Shown piece by piece: positions 12,230 through 26,500 of a stretch of 64,000 nucleotides of DNA. Position 1 is the stretch's first letter. Every line of letters begins with the position of its first letter. Source of the DNA: the human T2T-CHM13v2.0 reference genome, Homo sapiens; the NCBI RefSeq assembly GCF_009914755.1, contig NC_060929.1; one strand, given 5' to 3'. Position numbers and translations under genes: made by a program. Below the pieces are notes generated by a model. That model was given only the letters and a program-made list of their open reading frames with translations. It was not told the DNA's origin and made no database searches.

Positions 12230-15200
12230 GTGCAATTGGCAAGTGGAGATTTCAAGCGCTTTAAGGTCAATGGCAGAAAAGGAAATATCTTCGTTTCAAA
12301 ACTAGACAGAATCATTCCCACAAACTGCGTTGTGATGTGTTCGTTCATCTCACAGAGTTTAACCTTTCTTTTCATAGAGCAGTTAGGAAACACTCTGTTT
12401 GTAAATTCTGTAATTGGATATTCTGACATCTTGTGGCCTTCGTTGGAAACGGGATTTCTTCATATTCTGCTAGACAGAAGAATTCTCAGAATCTTCCTTG
12501 TGTTGTGTGTATTCAACTCACAGAGTTGAACGATGGTTTACACAGAGCAGATTTGAAACACTCATTTGGTGGAATTTGCAAGTGGAGATTTCAGCCGCTT
12601 TGAGGTCAATGGTAGAAAAGGAAATATCTTCGTATAAAAACTAGACAGAATGATTCTCAGAAACTTCTTTGTGATGTGTGCGTTCAACTCACAGAGTTTA
12701 ACCTTTCTTTTCATAGAGCAGTTAGGAAACACTCTGTTTGTAAACTCTGCAAGTGGATATTCAGACCTCTTTGAGGCCTTCGTTGGAAACGGGATTTCTT
12801 CATACTGTGCTAGACAGAAGAATTCTCAGTAACTTCCTTGTGTTGTGTGTATTCAACTCACAGAGTTGAACGATCCTTTACACAGAGCGGACTTGAAACA
12901 CTCTTTTTGTGGAATTTGCAAGTGGAGATTTCAGCCGCGTTGAGGTCAATGGTAGAAAAGGAAATATCTTCGTATAAAAACTAGACAGAATGATTCTCAG
13001 AAACTCCTTTGTGATGTGTGTGTTCAACTCACAGAGTTTAACCTTTCTTTTCATAGAGCAGTTAGGAAACACTCTGTTTGTAAAGTCTGCAAGTGGATAT
13101 TCAGACCTCTTTGAGGCCTTCGTTGGAAACGGGTTTTTTTCATATAAGGCTAGACAGAAGAATTCCCAGTAACTTCCTTGTGTTGTGTGTGTTCAACTCA
13201 CAGAGTTGAACTTTCATTTACACAGAGCAGATTTGAAACACTCTTTTTGTGGAATTTGCAAGTGGAGATTTCAAGCGCTTTGAGGCGAAAGGCAGAAAAG
13301 GAAATATCTTCGTATAAAAACTAGACAGAATCATTCTCAGAAACTGCTCTGCGATGTGTGCGTTCAACTCTCAGAGTTTAACTTTTCTTTTCATTCAGCA
13401 GTTTGGAAACACTCTGTTTGTAAGGTCTGCACGTGGATAATTTGACCACTTAGAGGCCTTCGTTGGAAACGGGTTTTTTTCATGTAAGGCTAGACAGAAG
13501 AATTCTCAGTAACTTCCTTGTGTTGTGTGTATTCAACTCACACAGTTGAACGATCCTTTACACAGAGCAGACTTGTAACACTCTTTTTGTGGAATTTGCA
13601 AGTGGAGATTTCAGCCGCTTTGAAGTCAAATGTAGAAAAGGAAATATCTTCCTATAAAAACTAGACAGAATGATTCTCAGAAACTCCTTTGTGATGTGTG
13701 CGTTCAACTCACAGAGTTTAACCTTTCTTTTCATAGAGCAGTTAGGAAACACTCTGTTTGTAAAGTCTGCAAGTGGATATTCAGACCTCTTTGAGGCCTT
13801 CGTTGGAAACGGGTTTTTTTCATATAAGGCTAGACAGAAGAATTCCCAGTAACTTCCTTGTGTTGTGTGTGTTCAACTCACAGAGTTGAACTTTCATTTA
13901 CACAGCGCAGATTTGAAACACTCTTTTTGTGGAATTTGCAAGTGGAGATTTCAAGCGCTTTGAGGCCAAAGGCAGAAAAGGAAATATCTTCGTATAAAAA
14001 CTAGACAGAATCATTCTCAGAAACTGCTCTGTGATGTGTGCGTTCAACTCTCAGAGTTTAACTTTTCTTTTCATTCAGCAGTTTGGAAACACTCTGTTTT
14101 TAAAGTCTGCACGTGGATAATTTGACCACTTAGAGGCCTTCGTTGGAAACGGGTTTTTTTCATGTAAGGCTAGACAGAAGAGTTCTCAGTAACTTCCTTG
14201 TGTTGTGTGTATTCAACTCACACAGTTGAACGGTCCTTTACACAGAGCAGACTTGTAACACTCTTTTTGTGGAATTTGCAAGTGGAGATTTCAGCCGCTT
14301 TGAAGTCAAAGTAGAAAAGGAAATATCTTCCTATAAAAACTAGACAGAATGATTCTCAGAAACTCCTTTGTGATGTGTGCGTTCAACTCACAGAGTTTAA
14401 CCTTTCTTTTCATAGAGCAGTTAGGAAACACTCTGTTTGTAAAGTCTGCAAGTGGATATTCAGACCTCTTTGAGGCCTTCGTTGGAAACGGGTTTTTTTC
14501 ATATAAGGCTAGACAGAAGAATTCCCAGTAACTTCCTTGTGTTGTGTGTGTTCAACTCACAGAGTTGAACTTTCATTTACACAGAGCAGATTTGAAACAC
14601 TCTTTTTGTGGAATTTGCAAGTGGAGATTTCAAGCGCTTTGAGGCCAAAGGCAGAAAAGGAAATATCTTCGTATAAAAACTAGACAGAATCATTCTCAGA
14701 AACTGCTCTGCGATGTGTGCGTTCAACTCTCAGAGTTTAACTTTTCTTTTCATTCAGCAGTTTGGAAACACTCTGTTTGTAAAGTCTGCACGTGGATAAT
14801 TTGACCACTTAGAGGCCTTCGTTGGAAACGGGTTTTTTTCATGTAAGGCTAGACAGAAGAATTCTCAGTAACTTCCTTGTGTTGTGTGTATTCAACTCAC
14901 AGAGTTGAACGATCCTTTACACAGAGCAGACTTGGAACACTCTTTTTGTGGAATTTGCAAGTGGAGATTTCAGCCGCTTTGAAGTCAAATGTAGAAAAGG
15001 AAATATCTTCCTATAAAAACTAGACAGAATGATTCTCAGAAACTCCTTTGTGATGTGTGCGTTCAACTCACAGAGTTTAACCTTTCTTTTCATAGAGCAG
15101 TTAGGAAACACTCTGCTTGTAAAGTCTGCAAGTGGATATTCAGCCCTCTTTGAGGCCTTCGTTGGAAACGGGTTTTTTTCATATAAGGCTAGACAGAAGA

Positions 15201-15627
15201 ATTCCCAGTAACTTCCTTGTGTTGTGTGTGTTCAACTCACAGAGTTGAACTTTCATTTACACAGAGCAGATTTGAAACACTCTTTTTGTGGAATTTGCAA
15301 GTGGAGATTTCAAGCGCTTTGAGGCCAAAGGCAGAAAAGGAAATATCTTCGTATAAAAACTAGACAGAATCATTCTCAGAAACTGCTCTGCGATGTGTGC
15401 GTTCAACTCTCAGAGTTTAACTTTTCTTTTCATTCAGCAGTTTGGAAACACTCTGTTTCTAAAGTCTGCACGTGGATATTTTGACCACTTAGAGGCCTTC
15501 GTTGGAAACGGGTTTTTTTCCTGTAAGGCTAGACAGAAGAATTCCCAGTAACTTCATTGTGTTGTGTACATTCAACTCACAGAGTTGAACGTTCCCTTAG
15601 ACAGAGCAGATTTGAAACACTCTTTTT
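12230..15627 (+). repeat. HOR unit 5, 20-mer
   Basis: X-marker spacing 3398 bp. Confidence 0.9.
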
Positions 15628-17665
15628 GTGCAATTGGCAAGTGGAGATTTCAAGCGCTTTAAGGTCAATGGCAGAAAAGGAAATATCTTCGTTTCAAAAC
15701 TAGACAGAATCATTCCCACAAACTGCGTTGTGATGTGTTCGTTCATCTCACAGAGTTTAACCTTTCTTTTCATAGAGCAGTTAGGAAACAGTCTGTTTGA
15801 AAATTCTGTAAGTGGATATTCTGACATCTTGTGGCCTTCGTTGGAAACGGGATTTCTTCATATTCTGCTAGACAGAAGAATTCTCAGAATCTTCCTTGTG
15901 TTGTGTGTATTCAACTCACAGAGTTGAACGATGGTTTACACAGAGCAGATTTGAAACACTCATTTGGTGGAATTTGCAAGTGGAGATTTCAGCCGCTTTG
16001 AGGTCAATGGTAGAAAAGGAAATATCTTCGTATAACAACTAGACAGAATGATTCTCAGAAAATTCTTTGTGATGTGTGTGTTCAACTCACAGAGTTTAAC
16101 CTTTCTTTTCATAGAGCAGTTAGGAAACACTGTGTTTTTAAACTCTGCAAGTGGATATTCAGACCTCTTTGAGGCCTTCGTTGGAAACGGGTTTCTTCAT
16201 ACTGTGCTAGACAGAAGAATTCTCAGTAACTTCCTTGTGTTGTGTGTATTCAACTCACAGAGTTGAACGATCCTTTACACAGAGCAGACTTGAAACACTC
16301 TTTTTGTGGAATTTGCAAGTGGAGATTTCAGCCGCGTTGAGGTCAATGGTAGAAAAGGAAATATCTTCGTATAAAAACTAGACAGAATGATTCTCAGAAA
16401 CTCCTTTGTGATGTGTGTGTTCAACTCACAGAGTTTAACATTTCTTTTCATAGAGCAGTTAGGAAACACTCTGTTTGTAAAGTCTGCAAGTGGATATTCA
16501 GACCTCTTTGAGGCCTTCGTTGGAAACGGGTTTTTTTCATATAAGGCTAGACAGAAGAATTCCCAGTAACTTCCTTGTGTTGTGTGTGTTCAACTCACAG
16601 AGTTGAACTTTCATTTACACAGAGCAGATTTGAAACACTCTTTTTGTGGAATTTGCAGGTGGAGATTTCAAGCGCTTTGAGGCCAAAGGCAGAAAAGGAA
16701 ATATCTTCGTATAAAAACTAGACAGAATCATTCTCAGAAACTGCTCTGCGATGTGTGCGTTCAACTCTCAGAGTTTAACTTTTCTTTTCATTCAGCAGTT
16801 TGGAAACACTCTGTTTGTAAAGTCTGCACGTGGATAATTTGACCACTTAGAGGCCTTCGTTGGAAACGGGTTTTTTTCATGTAAGGCTAGACAGAAGAAT
16901 TCTCAGTAACTTCCTTGTGTTGTGTGTATTCAACTCACAGAGTTGAACGATCCTTTACACAGAGCAGACTTGGAACACTCTTTTTGTGGAATTTGCAAGT
17001 GGAGATTTCAGCCGCTTTGAAGTCAAAGGTAGAAAAGGAAATATCTTCCTATAAAAACTACACAGAATGATTCTCAGAAACTCCTTTGTGATGTGTGCGT
17101 TCAACTCACAGAGTTTAACCTTTCTTTTCATAGAGCAGTTAGGAAACACTCTGCTTGTAAAGTCTGCAAGTGGATATTCAGCCCTCTTTGAGGCCTTCGT
17201 TGGAAACGGGTTTTTTTCATATAAGGCTAGACAGAAGAATTCCCAGTAACTTCCTTGTGTTGTGTGTGTTCAACTCACAGAGTTGAACTTTCATTTACAC
17301 AGAGCAGATTTGAAACACTCTTTTTGTGGAATTTGCAAGTGGAGATTTCAAGCGCTTTGAGGCCAAAGGCAGAAAAGGAAATATCTTCGTATAAAAACTA
17401 GACAGAATCATTCTCAGAAACTGCTCTGCGATGTGTGCGTTCAACTCTCAGAGTTTAACTTTTCTTTTCATTCAGCAGTTTGGAAACACTCTGTTTGTAA
17501 AGTCTGCACGTGGATATTTTGACCATTTAGAGGCCTTCGTTGGAAACGGGTTTTTTTCCTGTAAGGCTAGACAGAAGAATTCCCAGTAACTTCCTTGTGT
17601 TGTGTACATTCAACTCACAGAGTTGAACGTTCCCTTAGACAGAGCAGATTTGAAACACTCTTTTT
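15628..17665 (+). repeat. HOR unit 6, 12-mer X-Y-A1-B3-A4-B4
   Basis: X-marker spacing 2038 bp. Confidence 0.9.
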
Positions 17666-20384
17666 GTGCAATTGGCAAGTGGAGATTTCAAGCGCTTTAA
17701 GGTCAATGGCAGAAAAGGAAATATCTTCGTTTCAAAACTAGACAGAATCATTCCCACAAACTGCGTTGTGATGTGTTCGTTCATCTCACAGAGTTTAACC
17801 TTTCTTTTCATAGAGCAGTTAGGAAACACTCTGTTTGTAAATTCTGTAAGTGGATATTCTGACATCTTGTGGCCTTCGTTGGAAACGGGATTTCTTCATA
17901 TTCTGCTAGACAGAAGAATTCTCAGAATCTTCCTTGTGTTGTGTGTATTCAACTCACAGAGTTGAACGATGGTTTACACAGAGCAGATTTGAAACACTCT
18001 TTTTGTGGAATTTGCAAGTGGAGATTTCAGCCGCTTTGAAGTCAATGGTAGAAAAGGAAATATCTTCGTATAAAAACTAGACAGAATGATTCTCAGAAAC
18101 TTCTTTGTGATGTGTGCGTTCAACTCACAGAGTTTAACCTTTCTTTTCATAGAGCAGTTAGGAAACACTCTGTTTGTAAACTCTGCAAGTGGATATTCAG
18201 ACCTCTTTGAGGCCTTCGTTGGAAACGGGATTTCTTCATACTGTGCTAGACAGAAGAATTCTCAGTAACTTCCTTGTGTTGTGTGTATTCAACTCACAGA
18301 GTTGAACGATCCTTTACACAGAGCAGAATTGAAACACTCTTTTTGTGGAATTTGCAAGTGGAGATTTCAGCCGCGTTGAGGTCAATGGTAGAAAAGGAAA
18401 TATCTTCGTATAAAAACTAGACAGAATGATTCTCAGAAACTCCTTTGAGATGTGTGTGTTCAACTCACAGAGTTTAACCTTTCTTTTCATAGAGCAGTTA
18501 GGAATCACTCTGTTTGTAAAGTCTGCAAGTGGATATTCAGACCTCTTTGAGGCCTTCGTTGGAAACGGGTTTTTTTCATATAAGGCTAGAGAGAAGAATT
18601 CCCAGTAACTTCCTTGTGTTGTGTGTGTTCAACTCACAGAGTTGAACTTTCATTTACACAGAGCAGATTTGAAACACTCTTTTTGTGGAATTTGCAAGTG
18701 GAGATTTCAAGCGCTGTGAGGCCAAAGGCAGAAAAGGAAATATCTTCGTATAAAAACTAGACAGAATCATTCTCAGAAACTGCTCTGCGATGTGTGCGTT
18801 CAACTCTCAGAGTTTAACTTTTCTTTTCATTCAGCAGTTTGGAAACACTCTGTTTGTAAAGTCTGCACGTGGATAATTTGACCACTTAGAGGCCTTCGTT
18901 GGAAACGGGTTTTTTTCATGTAAGGCTAGACAGAAGAATTCTCAGTAACTTCCTTGTGTTGTGTGTATTCAACTCACACAGTTGAACGATCCTTTACACA
19001 GAGCAGACTTGTAACACTCTTTTTGTGGAATTTGCAAGTGGAGATTTCAGCCGCTTTGAAGTCAAATGTAGAAAAGGAAATATCTTCCTATAAAAACTAG
19101 ACAGAATGATTCTCAGAAACTCCTTTGTGATGTGTGCGTTCAACTCACAGAGTTTAACCTTTCTTTTCATAGAGCAGTTAGGAAACACTCTGTTTGTAAA
19201 GTCTGCAAGTGGATATTCAGCCCTCTTTGAGGCCTTCGTTGGAAACGGGTTTTTTTCATATAAGGCTAGACAGAAGAATTCCCAGTAACTTCCTTGTGTT
19301 GTGTGTGTTCAACTCACAGAGTTGAACTTTCATTTACACAGAGCAGATTTGAAACACTCTTTTTGTGGAATTTGCAAGTGGAGATTTCAAGCGCTTTGAG
19401 GCCAAAGGCAGAAAAGGAAATATCTTCGTATAAAAACTAGACAGAATCATTCTCAGAAACTGCTCTGTGATGTGTGCGTTCAACTCTCAGAGTTTAACTT
19501 TTCTTTTCATTCAGCAGTTTGGAAACACTCTGTTTGTAAAGTCTGCACGTGGATAATTTGACCACTTAGAGGCCTTCGTTGGAAACGGGTTTTTTTCATG
19601 TAAGGCTAGACAGAAGAGTTCTCAGTAACTTCCTTGTGTTGTGTGTATTCAACTCACAGAGTTGAACGATCCTTTACACAGAGCAGACTTGTAACACTCT
19701 TTTTGTGGAATTTGCAAGTGGAGATTTCAGCCGCTTTGAAGTCAAAGGTAGAAAAGGAAATATCTTCCTATAAAAACTAGACAGAATGATTCTCAGAAAC
19801 TCCTTTGTGATGTGTGCGTTCAACTCACAGAGTTTAACCTTTCTTTTCATAGAGCAGTTAGGAAACACTCTGCTTGTAAAGTCTGCAAGTGGATATTCAG
19901 CCCTCTTTGAGGCCTTCGTTGGAAACGGGTTTTTTTCATATAAGGCTAGACAGAAGAATTCCCAGTAACTTCCTTGTGTTGTGTGTGTTCAACTCACAGA
20001 GTTGAACTTTCATTTACACAGAGCAGATTTGAAACACTCTTTTTGTGGAATTTGCAAGTGGAGATTTCAAGCGCTTTGAGGCCAAAGGCAGAAAAGGAAA
20101 TATCTTCGTATAAAAACTAGACAGAATCATTCTCAGAAACTGCTCTGCGATGTGTGCGTTCAACTCTCAGAGTTTAACTTTTCTTTTCATTCAGCAGTTT
20201 GGAAACACTCTGTTTGTAAAGTCTGCACGTGGATATTTTGACCACTTAGAGGCCTTCGTTGGAAACGGGTTTTTTTCCTGTAAGGCTAGACAGAAGAATT
20301 CCCAGTAACTTCCTTGTGTTGTGTACATTCAACTCACAGAGTTGAACGTTCCCTTAGACAGAGCAGATTTGAAACACTCTTTTT
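17666..20384 (+). repeat. HOR unit 7, 16-mer (lacks A3-B3)
   Basis: X-marker spacing 2719 bp; no AAAGTAG deletion marker. Confidence 0.9.
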
Positions 20385-23102
20385 GTGCAATTGGCAAGTG
20401 GAGATTTCAAGCGCTTTGAGGTCAATGGCAGAAAAGGAAATATCTTCGTTTCAAAACTAGACAGAATCATTCCCACAAACTGCGTTGTGATGTGTTCGTT
20501 CATCTCACAGAGTTTAACCTTTCTTTTCATAGAGCAGTTAGGAAACACTCTGTTTGTAAATTCTGTAAGTGGATATTCTGACATCTTGTGGCCTTCGTTG
20601 GAAACGGGATTTCTTCATATTCTGCTAGACAGAAGAATTCTCAGAATCTTCCTTGTGTTGTGTGTATTCAACTCACAGAGTTGAACGATGGTTTACACAG
20701 AGCAGATTTGAAACACTCTTTTTGTGGAATTTGCAAGTGGAGATTTCAGCCGCTTTGAAGTCAATGGTAGAAAAGGAAATATCTTCGTATAAAAACTAGA
20801 CAGAATGATTCTCAGAAACTTCTTTGTGATGTGTGCGTTCAACTCACAGAGTTTAACCTTTCTTTTCATAGAGCAGTTAGGAAACACTCTGTTTGTAAAC
20901 TCTGCAAGTGGATATTCAGACCTCTTTGAGGCCTTCGTTGGAAACGGGATTTCTTCATACTGTGCTAGACAGAAGAATTCTCAGTAACTTCCTTGTGTTG
21001 TGTGTATTCAACTCACAGAGTTGAACGATCCTTTACACAGAGCAGAATTGAAACACTCTTTTTGTGGAATTTGCAAGTGGAGATTTCAGCCGCGTTGAGG
21101 TCAATGGTAGAAAAGGAAATATCTTCGTATAAAAACTAGACAGAATGATTCTCAGAAACTCCTTTGAGATGTGTGTGTTCAACTCACAGAGTTTAACCTT
21201 TCTTTTCATAGAGCAGTTAGGAATCACTCTGTTTGTAAAGTCTGCAAGTGGATATTCAGACCTCTTTGAGGCCTTCGTTGGAAACGGGTTTTTTTCATAT
21301 AAGGCTAGAGAGAAGAATTCCCAGTAACTTCCTTGTGTTGTGTGTGTTCAACTCACAGAGTTGAACTTTCATTTACACAGAGCAGATTTGAAACACTCTT
21401 TTTGTGGAATTTGCAAGTGGAGATTTCAAGCGCTTTGAGGCCAAAGGCAGAAAAGGAAATATCTTCGTATAAAAACTAGACAGAATCATTCTCAGAAACT
21501 GCTCTGCGATGTGTGCGTTCAACTCTCAGAGTTTAACTTTTCTTTTCATTCAGCAGTTTGGAAACACTCTGTTTGTAAAGTCTGCACGTGGATAATTTGA
21601 CCACTTAGAGGCCTTCGTTGGAAACGGGTTTTTTTCATGTAAGGCTAGACAGAAGAGTTCTCAGTAACTTCCTTGTGTTGTGTGTATTCAACTCACACAG
21701 TTGAACGATCGTTTACACAGAGCAGACTTGTAACACTCTTTTTGTGGAATTTGCAAGTGGAGATTTCAGCCGCTTTGAAGTCAAAGTAGAAAAGGAAATA
21801 TCTTCCTATAAAAACTAGACAGAATGATTCTCAGAAACTCCTTTGTGATGTGTGCGTTCAACTCACAGAGTTTAACCTTTCTTTTCATAGAGCAGTTAGG
21901 AAACACTCTGTTTGTAAAGTCTGCAAGTGGATATTCAGACCTCTTTGAGGCCTTCGTTGGAAACGGGTTTTTTTCATATAAGGCTAGACAGAAGAATTCC
22001 CAGTAACTTCCTTGTGTTGTGTGTGTTCAACTCACAGAGTTGAACTTTCATTTACACAGAGCAGATTTGAAACACTCTTTTTGTGGAATTTGCAGGTGGA
22101 GATTTCAAGCGCTTTGAGGCCAAAGGCAGAAAAGGAAATATCTTCGTATAAAAACTAGACAGAATCATTCTCAGAAACTGCTCTGCGATGTGTGCGTTCA
22201 ACTCTCAGAGTTTAACTTTTCTTTTCATTCAGCAGTTTGGAAACACTCTGTTTGTAAAGTCTGCACGTGGATAATTTGACCACTTAGAGGCCTTCGTTGG
22301 AAACGGGTTTTTTTCATGTAAGGCTAGACAGAAGAATTCTCAGTAACTTCCTTGTGTTGTGTGTATTCAACTCACAGAGTTGAACGATCCTTTACACAGA
22401 GCAGACTTGTAACACTCTTTTTGTGGAATTTGCAAGTGGAGATTTCAGCCGCTTTGAAGTCAAAGGTAGAAAAGGAAATATCTTCCTATAAAAACTAGAC
22501 AGAATGATTCTCAGAAACTCCTTTGTGATGTGTGCGTTCAACTCACAGAGTTTAACCTTTCTTTTCATAGAGCAGTTAGGAAACACTCTGCTTGTAAAGT
22601 CTGCAAGTGGATATTCAGCCCTCTTTGAGGCCTTCGTTGGAAACGGGTTTTTTTCATATAAGGCTAGACAGAAGAATTCCCAGTAACTTCCTTGTGTTGT
22701 GTGTGTTCAACTCACAGAGTTGAACTTTCATTTACACAGAGCAGATTTGAAACACTCTTTTTGTGGAATTTGCAAGTGGAGATTTCAAGCGCTTTGAGGC
22801 CAAAGGCAGAAAAGGAAATATCTTCGTATAAAAACTAGACAGAATCATTCTCAGAAACTGCTCTGCGATGTGTGCGTTCAACTCTCAGAGTTTAACTTTT
22901 CTTTTCATTCAGCAGTTTGGAAACACTCTGTTTGTAAAGTCTGCACGTGGATATTTTGACCACTTAGAGGCCTTCGTTGGAAACGGGTTTTTTTCCTGTA
23001 AGGCTAGACAGAAGAATTCCCAGTAACTTCCTTGTGTTGTGTACATTCAACTCACAGAGTTGAACGTTCCCTTAGACAGAGCAGATTTGAAACACTCTTT
23101 TT
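20385..23102 (+). repeat. HOR unit 8, 16-mer (lacks A2)
   Basis: X-marker spacing 2718 bp. Confidence 0.9.
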
Positions 23103-26100
23103 GTGCAATTGGCAAGTGGAGATTTCAAGCGCTTTAAGGTCAATGGCAGAAAAGGAAATATCTTCGTTTCAAAACTAGACAGAATCATTCCCACAAACTG
23201 CGTTGTGATGTGTTCGTTCATCTCACAGAGTTTAACCTTTCTTTTCATAGAGCAGTTAGGAAACACTCTGTTTGTAAATTCTGTAAGTGGATATTCTGAC
23301 ATCTTGTGGCCTTCGTTGGAAACGGGATTTCTTCATATTCTGCTAGACAGAAGAATTCTCAGAATCTTCCTTGTGTTGTGTGTATTCAACTCACAGAGTT
23401 GAACGATGGTTTACACAGAGCAGATTTGAAACACTCTTTTTGTGGAATTTGCAAGTGGAGATTTCAGCCGCTTTGAAGTCAATGGTAGAAAAGGAAATAT
23501 CTTCGTATAAAAACTAGACAGAATGATTCTCAGAAACTTCTTTGTGATGTGTGCGTTCAACTCACAGAGTTTAACCTTTCTTTTCATAGAGCAGTTAGGA
23601 AACACTCTGTTTGTAAACTCTGCAAGTGGATATTCAGACCTCTTTGAGGCCTTCGTTGGAAACGGGATTTCTTCATACTGTGCTAGACAGAAGAATTCTC
23701 AGTAACTTCCTTGTGTTGTGTGTATTCAACTCACAGAGTTGAACGATCCTTTACACAGAGCAGACTTGAAACACTCTTTTTGTGGAATTTGCAAGTGGAG
23801 ATTTCAGCCGCGTTGAGGTCAATGGTAGAAAAGGAAATATCTTCGTATAAAAACTAGACAGAATGATTCTCAGAAACTCCTTTGAGATGTGTGTGTTCAA
23901 CTCACAGAGTTTAACCTTTCTTTTCATAGAGCAGTTAGGAATCACTCTGTTTGTAAAGTCTGCAAGTGGATATTCAGACCTCTTTGAGGCCTTCGTTGGA
24001 AACGGGTTTTTTTCATATAAGGCTAGAGAGAAGAATTCCCAGTAACTTCCTTGTGTTGTGTGTGTTCAACTCACAGAGTTGAACTTTCATTTACACAGAG
24101 CAGATTTGAAACACTCTTTTTGTGGAATTTGCAAGTGGAGATTTCAAGCGCTGTGAGGCCAAAGGCAGAAAAGGAAATATCTTCGTATAAAAACTAGACA
24201 GAATCATTCTCAGAAACTGCTCTGCGATGTGTGCGTTCAACTCTCAGAGTTTAACTTTTCTTTTCATTCAGCAGTTTGGAAACACTCTGTTTGTAAAGTC
24301 TGCACGTGGATAATTTGACCACTTAGAGGCCTTCGTTGGAAACGGGTTTTTTTCATGTAAGGCTAGACAGAAGAATTCTCAGTAACTTCCTTGTGTTGTG
24401 TGTATTCAACTCACACAGTTGAACGATCCTTTACACAGAGCAGACTTGTAACACTCTTTTTGTGGAATTTGCAAGTGGAGATTTCAGCCGCTTTGAAGTC
24501 AAATGTAGAAAAGGAAATATCTTCCTATAAAAACTAGACAGAATGATTCTCAGAAACTCCTTTGTGATGTGTGCGTTCAACTCACAGAGTTTAACCTTTC
24601 TTTTCATAGAGCAGTTAGGAAACACTCTGTTTGTAAAGTCTGCAAGTGGATATTCAGACCTCTTTGAGGCCTTCGTTGGAAACGGGTTTTTTTCATATAA
24701 GGCTAGACAGAAGAATTCCCAGTAACTTCCTTGTGTTGTGTGTGTTCAACTCACAGAGTTGAACTTTCATTTACACAGAGCAGATTTGAAACACTCTTTT
24801 TGTGGAATTTGCAAGTGGAGATTTCAAGCGCTTTGAGGCCAAAGGCAGAAAAGGAAATATCTTCGTATAAAAACTAGACAGAATCATTCTCAGAAACTGC
24901 TCTGTGATGTGTGCGTTCAACTCTCAGAGTTTAACTTTTCTTTTCATTCAGCAGTTTGGAAACACTCTGTTTGTAAAGTCTGCACGTGGATAATTTGACC
25001 ACTTAGAGGCCTTCGTTGGAAACGGGTTTTTTTCATGTAAGGCTAGACAGAAGAGTTCTCAGTAACTTCCTTGTGTTGTGTGTATTCAACTCACACAGTT
25101 GAACGGTCCTTTACACAGAGCAGACTTGTAACACTCTTTTTGTGGAATTTGCAAGTGGAGATTTCAGCCGCTTTGAAGTCAAAGTAGAAAAGGAAATATC
25201 TTCCTATAAAAACTAGACAGAATGATTCTCAGAAACTCCTTTGTGATGTGTGCGTTCAACTCACAGAGTTTAACCTTTCTTTTCATAGAGCAGTTAGGAA
25301 ACACTCTGTTTGTAAAGTCTGCAAGTGGATATTCAGACCTCTTTGAGGCCTTCGTTGGAAACGGGTTTTTTTCATATAAGGCTAGACAGAAGAATTCCCA
25401 GTAACTTCCTTGTGTTGTGTGTGTTCAACTCACAGAGTTGAACTTTCATTTACACAGAGCAGATTTGAAACACTCTTTTTGTGGAATTTGCAGGTGGAGA
25501 TTTCAAGCGCTTTGAGGCCAAAGGCAGAAAAGGAAATATCTTCGTATAAAAACTAGACAGAATCATTCTCAGAAACTGCTCTGCGATGTGTGCGTTCAAC
25601 TCTCAGAGTTTAACTTTTCTTTTCATTCAGCAGTTTGGAAACACTCTGTTTGTAAAGTCTGCACGTGGATAATTTGACCACTTAGAGGCCTTCTTTGGAA
25701 ACGGGTTTTTTTCATGTAAGGCTAGACAGAAGAATTCTCAGTAACTTCCTTGTGTTGTGTGTATTCAACTCACAGAGTTGAACGATCCTTTACACAGAGC
25801 AGACTTGTAACACTCTTTTTGTGGAATTTGCAAGTGGAGATTTCAGCCGCTTTGAAGTCAAAGGTAGAAAAGGAAATATCTTCCTATAAAAACTAGACAG
25901 AATGATTCTCAGAAACTCCTTTGTGATGTGTGCGTTCAACTCACAGAGTTTAACCTTTCTTTTCATAGAGCAGTTAGGAAACACTCTGCTTGTAAAGTCT
26001 GCAAGTGGATATTCAGCCCTCTTTGAGGCCTTCGTTGGAAACGGGTTTTTTTCATATAAGGCTAGACAGAAGAATTCCCAGTAACTTCCTTGTGTTGTGT

Positions 26101-26500
26101 GTGTTCAACTCACAGAGTTGAACTTTGATTTACACAGAGCAGATTTGAAACACTCTTTTTGTGGAATTTGCAAGTGGAGATTTCAAGCGCTTTGAGGCCA
26201 AAGGCAGAAAAGGAAATATCTTCGTATAAAAACTAGACAGAATCATTCTCAGAAACTGCTCTGCGATGTGTGCGTTCAACTCTCAGAGTTTAACTTTTCT
26301 TTTCATTCAGCAGTTTGGAAACACTCTGTTTGTAAAGTCTGCACGTGGATATTTTGACCACTTAGAGGCCTTCGTTGGAAACGGGTTTTTTTCCTGTAAG
26401 GCTAGACAGAAGAATTCCCAGTAACTTCCTTGTGTTGTGTACATTCCACTCACAGAGTTGAACGTTCCCTTAGACAGAGCAGATTTGAAACACTCTTTTT
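23103..26500 (+). repeat. HOR unit 9, 20-mer
   Basis: X-marker spacing 3398 bp. Confidence 0.9.
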
